12,881 nt of DNA from an uncultured bacterium (GCA_965371515.1 CBDUYR010000064.1:1-12881); one strand, 5' to 3'; numbered from the stretch's first letter, positions 1-7,738 are shown. The notes: generated from the sequence alone by a model not told the origin. Program-made: numbers and translations.

Positions 1-2
1 TC

Positions 3-68
3 AAGGCGACATGCCTGCCCGATACGTCCTGTTATGACTTCAGCGATTACTTCACGATTTCGAATTGA
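3..68 (+). CDS. Probable 3' end of a gene entering from the left edge (…KATCLPDTSCYDFSDYFTISN*)
   Basis: Frame 3 is open from the edge to TGA at 66-68. Most codons end in G/C, and the D-x-S-D-x-F-T-I ending resembles the last strand of secreted beta-sandwich domains. It converges on the methyltransferase stop at 95. Only 21 residues are visible. Confidence 0.4.
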   Translation, partial: KATCLPDTSCYDFSDYFTISN

Positions 69-94
69 TACAGAACAGAATATGAGGAAAGGCT

Positions 95-1069
95 CTAACC
101 CGGCTTCGACCAGGCCAGCTCGAGTGAGGATTGCCATGCCTCCCATGGACCCAGATGCTTGAGAAAAGGAACAAACGCGATATTCAACGTCCCGTAGAAA
201 ACACGTGCTTTTAGACTTCGACGATCTTCCAATCCCTTGTCCATAATTGGGAATTCCGAGCAGAGATCATTTGCACCGAGCGGCTTTAATACTTTCCTGG
301 CCTCGAAGTAGGAATATTGGCGTAATCCTTGTCGTAAAAGATTCTCCGTCGAACGGCCTTTCCATCGCCATGAGGCAAAGGTCCTTGCATACCAAGCGCC
401 GATCCTGGTTGGCAGCCACGCGGCAAACCACAGACCCGTCGTATGCCCGTCTTTCGGGTACACCCTGTTGGGTGCTGTAATCACAATGATTCCACCGGGC
501 TTGAGCTTGGAATAGAGTGTGCGCAGTGTTTTTGCCCTGTAATGGGGCAGAATGTGTTCGAATACCTCGGACGCAACGATTAAATCGATCGATTTGTCAT
601 CTATCCCCGCGAGATCATCGCTCTCATCGATGAGAAGATATGTGCAGTCATCGTAATGTCCCAAATCCTCCAAATATGTCCTGGAGAGCTCGAGGAGCTT
701 ATTATCTATCTCGGCACATATTACATGTCTTGCGCCACGCTCGAAAAAGAATGGGCTCAGTTGGCCCAGGCCGGAACCAAAATCGAGTACTGTAAAATCA
801 CTCAGTTCAGGACAGAATCTTTTTATGACGCGTCTTGGTCCTTCGTTGAACGTATCGTTACAGAGCCGTTCTCCTATGAAGTGAAAGATGCCTCGGGAAT
901 CCCACTCGATCAATTGCTCGATAAATTTCTCGCTAAAGGGCAAATCGACATGACATTCTTCGCATACGTCGGTATTCCTGGCAGCTTCATGAGTGTGGGG
1001 ACCCTTTGTATGAAGCCGTCTGAACGAACCGAAATCCTCAATGTCGAACTTGAGCGACATGGCATCCAT
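95..1069 (-). CDS. Class I SAM-dependent methyltransferase (Methyltransf_11/25-like); true start may be the ATG at 1060
   Basis: SAM-binding motif I VLDFGSGLG, acidic motif II ICAEID, then IDLIVASEVFEHI and LKPGGIIVITAPN. The C-terminal PNR.YP.D.H..GLWF..WLP segment is typical of methyltransferases often found near surface-glycan loci. No Shine-Dalgarno before either ATG. Confidence 0.9.
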   Translation of the reverse strand: MDAMSLKFDIEDFGSFRRLHTKGPHTHEAARNTDVCEECHVDLPFSEKFIEQLIEWDSRGIFHFIGERLCNDTFNEGPRRVIKRFCPELSDFTVLDFGSGLGQLSPFFFERGARHVICAEIDNKLLELSRTYLEDLGHYDDCTYLLIDESDDLAGIDDKSIDLIVASEVFEHILPHYRAKTLRTLYSKLKPGGIIVITAPNRVYPKDGHTTGLWFAAWLPTRIGAWYARTFASWRWKGRSTENLLRQGLRQYSYFEARKVLKPLGANDLCSEFPIMDKGLEDRRSLKARVFYGTLNIAFVPFLKHLGPWEAWQSSLELAWSKPG

Positions 1070-1073
1070 TATA
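1068..1073 (-). promoter_or_regulatory. Perfect -10 hexamer (TATAAT) 7 nt upstream of the ATG at 1060; possible leaderless promoter
   Basis: Minus strand reads TATAAT-ggatgcc-ATG. No convincing -35. Confidence 0.4.
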
Positions 1074-1078
1074 CCGGC

Positions 1079-1104
1079 AAAAAGCTGAATCCTGTGATAT
1101 TCAG
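1079..1104 (-). terminator. Weak candidate intrinsic terminator after the small lipoprotein gene
   Basis: Minus strand CTGAAT-N8-ATTCAG-C-TTTTT, starting 20 nt after the stop at 1125. The stem is short and AT-rich. Confidence 0.35.
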
Positions 1105-1124
1105 GAGTCTGCGAATGTGAAATG

Positions 1125-1508
1125 TTATTTATTCTTTTTGCATACCTTCTTATTACGGAGCCCGGAGGGAAGTTTTTTGCCAGACACGGGGGCCCACTTA
1201 CTTTTCATGTTGAAGCTTACTTCCCATGAACCATCGTTCAAACGATAATATTTATCCTTGTGGAAATAATAATCCGGATACCCAACGACGACATATACAC
1301 CGATATCTGATTTATACACCAGTTCCCCTCCGTCGGGATGTTTATGCCGATAACCATGGGCTGGCGCGTGTGGCGGTGGTCCAGTATGCTTTACTTTGAT
1401 TTCTGGATCGACTGCCTCGGTATAATGAACCGAACTCCCGCATGCGGAAATCGCAATACACGTCGAGATCAAAAGAGCTGCGATAAGACATTTCTTTGTC
1501 CTGGTCAT
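1125..1508 (-). CDS. Small hypothetical lipoprotein (127 aa) with GPPPHAPAHGYRHKH motif
   Basis: Start re-called from 1607 to the ATG at 1508, which follows a strong SD (AGGAGGAAAGGT-ATG). Basic N-region MTRTKK, hydrophobic core and lipobox ISA-C23 are followed by a Pro/His motif, a Tyr-rich segment and a Lys-rich tail. Confidence 0.8.
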   Translation of the reverse strand: MTRTKKCLIAALLISTCIAISACGSSVHYTEAVDPEIKVKHTGPPPHAPAHGYRHKHPDGGELVYKSDIGVYVVVGYPDYYFHKDKYYRLNDGSWEVSFNMKSKWAPVSGKKLPSGLRNKKVCKKNK

Positions 1509-1553
1509 ACCTTTCCTCCTGCTGAACGAATGGGCTGTATGTTCAGGATTTTT

Positions 1554-1570
1554 CGCAAGGATTAAGCCAA
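1554..1570 (-). promoter_or_regulatory. Sigma-54 (-24/-12) promoter for the small lipoprotein gene
   Basis: Minus strand TTGGCTTAATCCTTGCG has exact GG-N10-GC spacing with TTGC at -12, about 45 nt upstream of the start codon. Confidence 0.65.
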
Positions 1571-1659
1571 GTCTGTCACTGGATCCGATTTCAGGATAAA
1601 TTTGCATAACTCAAATTATAAATAGTCTTTAACTCACATCATCGCTTGAACAGAAAGTC

Positions 1660-1686
1660 GTGAGAAGCTCATAATGCATTGAGAGA
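1660..1686. promoter_or_regulatory. Candidate upstream activator sequence (enhancer-binding protein site)
   Basis: Overlapping dyads TGAG-aag-CTCA and CTCA-N8-TGAG. Contains GCATTATGAG (minus strand, 1677-1668), which is also present upstream of the second sigma-54 promoter. Confidence 0.4.
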
Positions 1687-1874
1687 GGGGACCACTCTGA
1701 ACGATATGGCGAATCCTTGAAAATGTAGCCCGATATCTGTGCGTGCCCGGCCGTTAGATGCCCCGAATCGCTGATATTCACTCATGTAAATCGCTGTACC
1801 GCTCGTCGGCTCTCTATTATAGTGTTATCCACTGAGATCATTACCTGTCTGACGAGGGAGCGGCACACACGGCG

Positions 1875-3350
1875 ATGAACCCAAAGATCTCCATAGACCT
1901 CTCCGGCAAAGCTCCAGACAACGGTTTGGGCGAGGCTCCCTGGTGGCTGACCCCGGCCGTTTACCTGCTCCTGCTCGTCCTGTGTCTCGTCACGTACCAC
2001 GGCATTTCCGACAATTACCTCTTCAACGACGATTTCTCGTGGATGAGCAGGGCACGCTACGACATGACGCCGTCGAACATATTCACCTTTCGCGTCGTCA
2101 ACTTCTTCCGGCCGCTGATAAACGTTACTTTCTACGTCTTCGAGCATCTCGCCCCGGGCAACCTCAGGCTGCAGTATACATTCAACCTCGTGCTGCATTT
2201 CATCTGCTCGGTCCTCGTCCTTCATCTCTTCACTCGCATACTTGGCGACAGGCGGCAGGCCATAGTCGGAGCTGTGCTGTTCGCCGTTTCGAGCATACAT
2301 ACCGGCGCCGTATTCTGGATAAGCGCCAGGACCACTCTGCTGTCGACGGCCCTTCTGCTCGGCGCCATCCTCGCCCTGATCTCCGGAAAGGAACGCAGAC
2401 GATTCACGGTCATCTTCTCGACGGCACTGTTCGTCCTTTCGCTTCTCGCAAAGGAGACAGCGATAACCGGGCTGCCGATACTGTTCTTCATATGGCTTCT
2501 CTACAGGAACAAATGGAAGAGCGCAGCGGCCCTGCGGACCTCTCTCGTCTCGTGGGCCACCGCTTCGGTCGTCTACCTGATCGTGAGAAAACTCGTCATC
2601 GGCGAATTCACTCAGCACAACTGGGGACCGGGTATTCATATGCTGCGGAACACGGCGGGCGGCTTCCTCTACCAGCTGTGGCCCTGGCCCTTCTTCTCCA
2701 TCTTCTATCACAAAGGCACGATGCTGAAAGAACCCACTCATCCCGTTCTCCCCGAGCTGCTCGTGATCGGGGCGGTGGTCCTCTTCTGGTGGCTGGGCCG
2801 CGTAACGGGAAGAAGACGCGAGTACGCGCTCGGCTCCCTCTGGGCACTGACAGCGCTGGTGCCGACCTCGGCGTTTACGTACAGGTTTTTCTCGACCGTC
2901 TCGATCACACAGAACAGGTACTACTATCTCTCATCGGTCGGCACGATACTCATTCTCGTCCTCGTCCTCGCCCTGCTGTGGAACTCGCGGAAAACGGTGG
3001 CGAGGTTTGCGGGCGCGGCGGTCATCTGCATCTTCATCGCCGGAAGCATCATCCGCGTCGGCCTCCTGGAAAAGATCTGGAGCGATTACACGAAGATGTA
3101 CAAGGAATCGATCGAGTTCATAATCACGAATGTAGAGAAGAAGCCCGGATACACGGCGGCAGCGCTCGAGAATCCGCCGCTCGCCTTCCCCTATGCGGCC
3201 GACGCCATCTCCCTCTACAAACCGGGCTGGAATGTAAGCGAGGTCGAGGGCGGACTGCAGAAGGCGCAGCGTTTCGCCCCGTGTGTCTATATGCTGTTCA
3301 ATTACGACGGCAGCAGGGTCGAGAGCATTGAAATCCAGGCATTAGAGTAA
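1875..3350 (+). CDS. Polytopic membrane protein, GT-C superfamily glycosyltransferase-like (ArnT/PMT/TMTC-like)
   Basis: About 10-12 hydrophobic segments. An acidic DD motif follows TM1 (YLFNDDF), then FFRPL, AVFWISAR, LLAKETA and NRYYYL, a pattern characteristic of GT-C enzymes that use lipid-linked sugar donors. Short soluble C-terminal domain, no TPRs seen. Confidence 0.75.
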   Translation: MNPKISIDLSGKAPDNGLGEAPWWLTPAVYLLLLVLCLVTYHGISDNYLFNDDFSWMSRARYDMTPSNIFTFRVVNFFRPLINVTFYVFEHLAPGNLRLQYTFNLVLHFICSVLVLHLFTRILGDRRQAIVGAVLFAVSSIHTGAVFWISARTTLLSTALLLGAILALISGKERRRFTVIFSTALFVLSLLAKETAITGLPILFFIWLLYRNKWKSAAALRTSLVSWATASVVYLIVRKLVIGEFTQHNWGPGIHMLRNTAGGFLYQLWPWPFFSIFYHKGTMLKEPTHPVLPELLVIGAVVLFWWLGRVTGRRREYALGSLWALTALVPTSAFTYRFFSTVSITQNRYYYLSSVGTILILVLVLALLWNSRKTVARFAGAAVICIFIAGSIIRVGLLEKIWSDYTKMYKESIEFIITNVEKKPGYTAAALENPPLAFPYAADAISLYKPGWNVSEVEGGLQKAQRFAPCVYMLFNYDGSRVESIEIQALE

Positions 3351-3352
3351 GC

Positions 3353-4327
3353 ATGAGCGAGATAGAAGAGACCAGGATAACTGTGAAGAAGGACTGGACC
3401 GGTTCGAGGCTTGACAGGTTCGTCAAGGCGGTGCGGCCCGCTCTCTCCTTCCCTGTCATCCAGACGCTGATCAGGAAGGGCAAGATCCTCCTCAACGGCG
3501 AAAAGATGCCCGGAAAGGCACGTCTCAAGGACGGCGACGTCGTGGAGATCCGCCTCCGAAAGCAGGAGACGGCGAAAGAAATCTCCTCGGAGAAGTTCGC
3601 CGCGGTAGAGTCACACGATCCGGGCAAGAGAATCGCCGCGAGGTTCGGAGATATAGGCTCTGGCATCCCCGTGCTCTTCGAGGACAACGATCTTCTCGTG
3701 ATCGACAAGCCGGTCGGGTTACCGGTCCAGCCGGGCAACCGAAGCGAGCTCGGATCCCTTCTCGACCTTATCTGCCGGTACATACCGCCCACGCCGATTG
3801 ATCCGGACGGATCACCTCCCTTCGCCCCCTCACCGGTTCACAGACTCGACCTCGAGACCTCGGGAGTGCTTGTCATCGCGAAGACCCGGCTCGCCGCGCG
3901 GGAGATGTCGCGGGCACTTGCGGAGGGAGAGTCTATCAAGACATACCTCGCCTTAGTAGACGGCATCCCCCAGTCACGAAGCGGAACGATAGATACGCCC
4001 CTGACAATAGAAAAGGGCGAGTCGTCAAGGGCGGTGCCCGACTGGGCCGGTCAGCCCGCGGTGACCCATTTCTCGGTCATCAGGAAGCTGCCTGGCGGAT
4101 GTGCCCTGCTCGAGATCATGATCGAGACAGGCAGGACGCACCAGATCAGGGCTCATATGCAGTCGGTGGGACATCCCGTATCGGGCGATCCCGTATACGG
4201 CAGCGACCGAGGCGGCGACCGGCAGGGCCGCATGTTCCTGCACGCATGGAAGATCTCGCTGCCTCACCCCGTGACGGGAGATACGATCGAGATAATCGCT
4301 CCTCCCCCACCGGAATTCGAGCTGTGA
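3353..4327 (+). CDS. RluA-family rRNA pseudouridine synthase with N-terminal S4 domain (RluC/RluD-like)
   Basis: S4 motif RLDRFV…LIRKGKILLNG, then IDKPVGLPVQ, catalytic HRLDLETSG, KTYLALV, TGRTHQIRAH, GHPVSGDPVYG and MFLHAW. Starts 2 nt after the upstream stop. Confidence 0.95.
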   Translation: MSEIEETRITVKKDWTGSRLDRFVKAVRPALSFPVIQTLIRKGKILLNGEKMPGKARLKDGDVVEIRLRKQETAKEISSEKFAAVESHDPGKRIAARFGDIGSGIPVLFEDNDLLVIDKPVGLPVQPGNRSELGSLLDLICRYIPPTPIDPDGSPPFAPSPVHRLDLETSGVLVIAKTRLAAREMSRALAEGESIKTYLALVDGIPQSRSGTIDTPLTIEKGESSRAVPDWAGQPAVTHFSVIRKLPGGCALLEIMIETGRTHQIRAHMQSVGHPVSGDPVYGSDRGGDRQGRMFLHAWKISLPHPVTGDTIEIIAPPPPEFEL

Positions 4328-4351
4328 CAACCTGCCGGCACCTGCTAGAAT
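4324..4351 (+). promoter_or_regulatory. Candidate sigma-70 promoter for the aminopeptidase
   Basis: GTGACA-N16-TAGAAT with an extended -10 (TGc-TAGAAT), about 50 nt upstream of ATG 4401. Confidence 0.4.
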
Positions 4352-4400
4352 CTCCCCGCTGTTCTCGTAAAATCATTCGAATGTGAAGGAAGGGACCGTC

Positions 4401-5363
4401 ATGGACAAGGCGTTGATGGATTCGGCTCTTATAGCAGTCAGGGACTGCCTCAAAGTGGTCGAGGGCGAGAATCTTCTCGTTGTCACAGACACAGAACTGC
4501 TGGAGATAGGCAGGGCCCTTGTCGAGGCCGGACGCTCTCTCGGCGCGACAAGTGTGATCATGGAGATGCAGCCACTCAGCCGGAACGGCGAAGAGCCTCC
4601 CGAGATGGTCTCCGAGGCGATGAAGTTCGCCGATGCCGTCGTATGCCCCGCTTCGAAATCGCTCACTCACACCGCATCCCGCCGGAACGCCTGCGCGGCA
4701 GGTTCGAGAGTGGCTACGATGCCCGGCATCACGCTAGACACGATGGTCAGGTGTCTAAACGCCGACTACTACGCGATCGCGGACAGGACATATGAAGTCA
4801 CGGCCCTTCTCGACAAGGCGAAGGTCGCCAGGGTGACGACCGCCCTCGGAACCGACCTGACGATCCCGATTGACGGGATAAAGGCTATATCCTCGACAGG
4901 GCTGATCCACGATCCCGGTTCGTTCGGAAACCTGCCGTCGGGTGAATCGTACATGATGCCCGCGGAAGAGCAGTCGTACGGAGTATTCATCGTCGACGGC
5001 TCGATGGCAGGCATAGGCGACCTCAGCGGCAAGACGCCGATCACGATAAAGGTCGAGGGAGGCTATGCCGTCGAGATCACCGGCGGCCCGGAGGCGGACG
5101 AGCTCAGATCGAAGCTCGAAGCTGTAGGCAAGAAGGCGTTCCATGCGGCGGAACTCGGCGTCGGCACCAACGACGCGGCAAAGATCATCGGAAATATACT
5201 TGAAGACGAAAAGGTGATGGGTACCGTCCACATCGCGCTGGGAAACAACATGTCGATGGGCGGCACCTTCGACGTCCCCATTCACCTCGACGGGATAATC
5301 AAGGATCCCACTCTGGAGTTGGATGGCGTGATTGTGATGGATTCCGGAAAATTATTGGTTTGA
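4401..5363 (+). CDS. Aminopeptidase, peptidase family M29-like (thermophilic metalloprotease / AmpS-AmpT type)
   Basis: Motifs GEEPP, SLTHT, GTDL, GNLPSGE, VDGS, AELGVGTN, EDEKVMGTVHIALG and PIHLD. ATG 4401 is preferred over GTG 4383 because GAAGGAAGGGA lies just upstream of it. Confidence 0.9.
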   Translation: MDKALMDSALIAVRDCLKVVEGENLLVVTDTELLEIGRALVEAGRSLGATSVIMEMQPLSRNGEEPPEMVSEAMKFADAVVCPASKSLTHTASRRNACAAGSRVATMPGITLDTMVRCLNADYYAIADRTYEVTALLDKAKVARVTTALGTDLTIPIDGIKAISSTGLIHDPGSFGNLPSGESYMMPAEEQSYGVFIVDGSMAGIGDLSGKTPITIKVEGGYAVEITGGPEADELRSKLEAVGKKAFHAAELGVGTNDAAKIIGNILEDEKVMGTVHIALGNNMSMGGTFDVPIHLDGIIKDPTLELDGVIVMDSGKLLV

Positions 5364-5378
5364 TCTGTGATACTTGAT

Positions 5379-5446
5379 GAGGGGACCGGCATTCCCGTAG
5401 AATCCCTCGGTGCCTCCGGGGATTCCGAGGGAATGCCGGTCCCTTC
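5379..5446. terminator. Long inverted repeat between convergent genes; probable bidirectional terminator or mRNA 3' stabiliser
   Basis: GGGACCGGCATTCCC (5382-5396) pairs perfectly with GGGAATGCCGGTCCC (5429-5443). Inner stem GAATCCC/GGGATTC plus CGG/CCG. No clear U-tract on either strand. Confidence 0.65.
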
Positions 5447-6337
5447 TTACATCGCTCGAAGTCTCGCAACACGCTCTTCGATTGGTGGATGCGTCGAGAA
5501 CAGCGACTTCGCTCTTTTTTCAAACGGCTTGATCGGATTGACGATGTAGAGATGCTGCGTCGCCCTGTTGGCGACCTCCAGGACCTCCCTGTCCCCCGCG
5601 ATCTTCTCCAATGCGCTTGCCAGTCCCTCGGGATAACGGGTCATCAGAGCAGCCGACGCGTCGGCGAGGTACTCGCGCTGCCTGGACACGGCCAGCTGGA
5701 GCATCTTGGCGAATAACGGTGCGAGGATAGCAAGGACCAGCCCGATGAGTATCAGCGGCCCCGAGCCCTTGTCGTTACCCTTCCTCCTGCCGCCCCTTCC
5801 CCAAATGACGCTCCTTACGAAGAAATCGCTGATAAGGGCTATCGAGCCGACCATTATACCGACCATCATCGAGAAGAGGATGTCGCGGTTCTGGACGTGG
5901 GAGAGCTCGTGCGCCATCACGCCCTGCAGCTCGTCGCGGCTGAGTTTCTGGAGCAGGCCCGTCGTTATCGCGACCGAGGCATGTTCGGGATCGCGTCCCG
6001 TCGCAAAAGCGTTGGGCGCCGTGTCATCGATTATGTAGACAGCGGGAACAGGCACGCCTGCCGCGATGGAAAGCTCGTCGATGACATTGAAAAGCTGCGG
6101 GTGGTCCTTCTTCTCGATGCGTTTCGCCCTGCTGATCGCCAGGATCATACCTGCGCCGCCGTAATAACTGATCAGCCCCGATATCATGGCGATGATCACG
6201 GCGAATACGATACCACCGTAGCCGTACCCCCTCCCCCAGTACTCTCCGATCATGTAGCCGAGGAGCACGAGGAAGGCTGTGATCACTATCACGAGCAGCC
6301 AGGAATTCCGCTTGTTCTGCGATATCTGGTCGTACAT
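5447..6337 (-). CDS. htpX: Zinc metalloprotease HtpX (peptidase M48)
   Basis: N-terminal TM pair, PNAFATGRDPEHA, TTGLL, ELQGVMAHELSH (HExxH), SRQREYLADA, LASALEKI and LFSTHPPIEERVARL. Lies directly downstream of lemA. Confidence 0.95.
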   Translation of the reverse strand: MYDQISQNKRNSWLLVIVITAFLVLLGYMIGEYWGRGYGYGGIVFAVIIAMISGLISYYGGAGMILAISRAKRIEKKDHPQLFNVIDELSIAAGVPVPAVYIIDDTAPNAFATGRDPEHASVAITTGLLQKLSRDELQGVMAHELSHVQNRDILFSMMVGIMVGSIALISDFFVRSVIWGRGGRRKGNDKGSGPLILIGLVLAILAPLFAKMLQLAVSRQREYLADASAALMTRYPEGLASALEKIAGDREVLEVANRATQHLYIVNPIKPFEKRAKSLFSTHPPIEERVARLRAM

Positions 6338-6342
6338 GGCAA

Positions 6343-6894
6343 TCAGGAAAAGTCGACCTTGGGCGCCTCACGCTGGGCCTCGTCCTCGAGCTCGAAGAAG
6401 TCGCGCTCATCGAAGCCGAACATACCGGCTACGATGCTCGAGGGAAAGACCTCGGTCCTGGTGTTGTACTTCATCACGGTGTCGTTGTAATGCTGCCTCG
6501 CGAACGAAATCTTGTTCTCCGTCGAGACGAGCTCCTCCTGTACGGCGAGCATGTTCTGGTTCGCCTTCAGGTCGGGGTAGGCCTCAACGACCGCGAACAG
6601 GGATTTCAGCGTCTGCGAGAGAAAATTCTCGGCCTGCGCCTGATCCTTCACTCCCGAGGCGTTTATCGCCTGCTGCCTCGCCTTTGTCACGTTCTCGAGG
6701 ACCTCTCTCTCGTGCTTGAGATACCCCTTTGCCGTCTCTACGAGGTTGGGGATCAGATCGTACCTTCGCTTGAGCTGAACGTCGATCTGCGCCCATCCGT
6801 TATCACACCTCTTGCGGAACCTGACAAGGGTGTTGTATATGCCGACCGCCCAGAAAACGAGCACCACTACTAGAATCAGCAGTATCCATGTCAC
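6343..6894 (-). CDS. lemA: LemA family protein
   Basis: Single N-terminal TM, WAQIDVQLKRRYDLIPNLVETAKGY, EAYPDLKANQN, TENKISFARQHYND, FPSSIVA and PKVDF. GTG start with GGAGG SD. Confidence 0.96.
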   Translation of the reverse strand: MTWILLILVVVLVFWAVGIYNTLVRFRKRCDNGWAQIDVQLKRRYDLIPNLVETAKGYLKHEREVLENVTKARQQAINASGVKDQAQAENFLSQTLKSLFAVVEAYPDLKANQNMLAVQEELVSTENKISFARQHYNDTVMKYNTRTEVFPSSIVAGMFGFDERDFFELEDEAQREAPKVDFS

Positions 6895-6949
6895 GATTCA
6901 TACCTCCAGAGTTTCCCGGCGTAAGCCGCCGCTTTTGAACCCGGCCCGG

Positions 6950-6978
6950 ATTATACAGCCTCGCGGCGCGGGTAACAA
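6950..6978 (-). promoter_or_regulatory. Sigma-70 promoter for lemA-htpX
   Basis: Minus strand TTGTTA-N17-TATAAT. Confidence 0.6.
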
Positions 6979-6985
6979 TCCCTCA

Positions 6986-7015
6986 TTGACCTCTTCCGGC
7001 CGTACATAATACCAT
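6986..7015 (+). promoter_or_regulatory. Candidate sigma-70 promoter for adenylate kinase, back-to-back with the lemA promoter
   Basis: TTGACC-N18-TACCAT. Confidence 0.4.
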
Positions 7016-7052
7016 CCAGCCGCGACAAATATTCACCATGGAAGGACGGTCG

Positions 7053-7685
7053 ATGAGAATTGTGCTGCTTGGAAAACCGGGATCGGGCAAGGGGACGCAG
7101 GCCGCGATGCTGTCCGAAGAATCCGGCCTCCCCCATCTGTCCAGCGGAGCGATCCTTCGCGATGAGATCAGGGAAAAGACCCCCTTTGGCATGCAGATCG
7201 AGGAATACGTGCTGAGGGGAGAGATCGGCCCGCAGGAGCTGATCACCGACGTCGTCTTCGGTTATATAGAGAGAAAGGGGTATGCGTCAGGATTCATCCT
7301 CGACGGTTTCCCCCGCACCGTCTACCAGGCGGAGAGACTCGACGGGCAGTACCGGCCCGACAGGTGCGTGCTCATCGACGTACCCGATGACCTGATCGTC
7401 GACAGGATATCTCTCCGGCTCACCTGCGCCGGCTGCGGCGCCATCTACCACATGACCTCCCACCCACCGGCAAGCCCCGGAATCTGCGATTCGTGCGGCG
7501 GAGAGCTCGAACAGCGCTCCGACGACAACGCCGGAGCGATACGCAAGAGGTTCGAGACATACCGCAACGACGTACAGCCGGTCATCGAATTATACATGGA
7601 CGCAGGACGCCTGCTCACGATAGACGGCACTTCCCCCCCAGGAAACGTCTACAGGTCGTTGAAGGGCGTAACGATGAACCGGTAG
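7053..7685 (+). CDS. adk: Adenylate kinase family nucleoside monophosphate kinase with 4-Cys zinc LID
   Basis: MRIVLLGKPGSGKGTQA P-loop, GFILDGFPRT..QA, C-x2-C-x16-C-x2-C LID and RSDD. Start placed at 7053 because GGAAGGA lies upstream and family members begin MRIxLLG. Confidence 0.9.
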   Translation: MRIVLLGKPGSGKGTQAAMLSEESGLPHLSSGAILRDEIREKTPFGMQIEEYVLRGEIGPQELITDVVFGYIERKGYASGFILDGFPRTVYQAERLDGQYRPDRCVLIDVPDDLIVDRISLRLTCAGCGAIYHMTSHPPASPGICDSCGGELEQRSDDNAGAIRKRFETYRNDVQPVIELYMDAGRLLTIDGTSPPGNVYRSLKGVTMNR

Positions 7686-7738
7686 CGGCCAACCTGTGCG
7701 ATAAATGAGCAGTGTGGAACGCTACACGCACGGATATG

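Noticed and set aside
1509..1607. N-terminal extensions in the ORF track (also 4383-4400, 7038-7052 and 11317-11370)
   Set aside because: Downstream ATGs have SD sequences and give proper signal peptides or family N-termini. Two of the extensions overlap predicted promoters.
1707..1720. TGGCGAATCCTTGA, a sigma-54-like sequence on the + strand
   Set aside because: Spacing is one base short and the -12 element is GA rather than GC. Sigma-54 spacing is strict.
1861..1876. CGGCACACAC resembling the -24 box at 7851
   Set aside because: There is no TTGC at -12, and it abuts the start codon.
1943..3331. 462-aa same-strand alternative-frame ORF, and the 319-aa antisense ORF 1782-2741, overlapping the GT-C gene
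   Set aside because: Arg/Pro/His-rich or motif-free translations typical of shadow frames of a GC3-rich hydrophobic gene. The 1875-3350 frame carries the family motifs.
5361..5549. Aminopeptidase TGA stop followed by an in-frame open stretch and a hairpin (possible selenocysteine or readthrough)
   Set aside because: The protein already ends where M29 homologues end (…DG..VM..GKLL). The extension runs antisense into htpX, and the hairpin is explained by the convergent gene junction.
6951..6960. TTATACAGCC shared with 11379-11388 (GGCTGTATAA upstream of both lemA and the AsmA gene)
   Set aside because: Largely explained as -10-like sequence, and a better-spaced promoter exists for the AsmA gene. 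Not enough to claim a regulator site.
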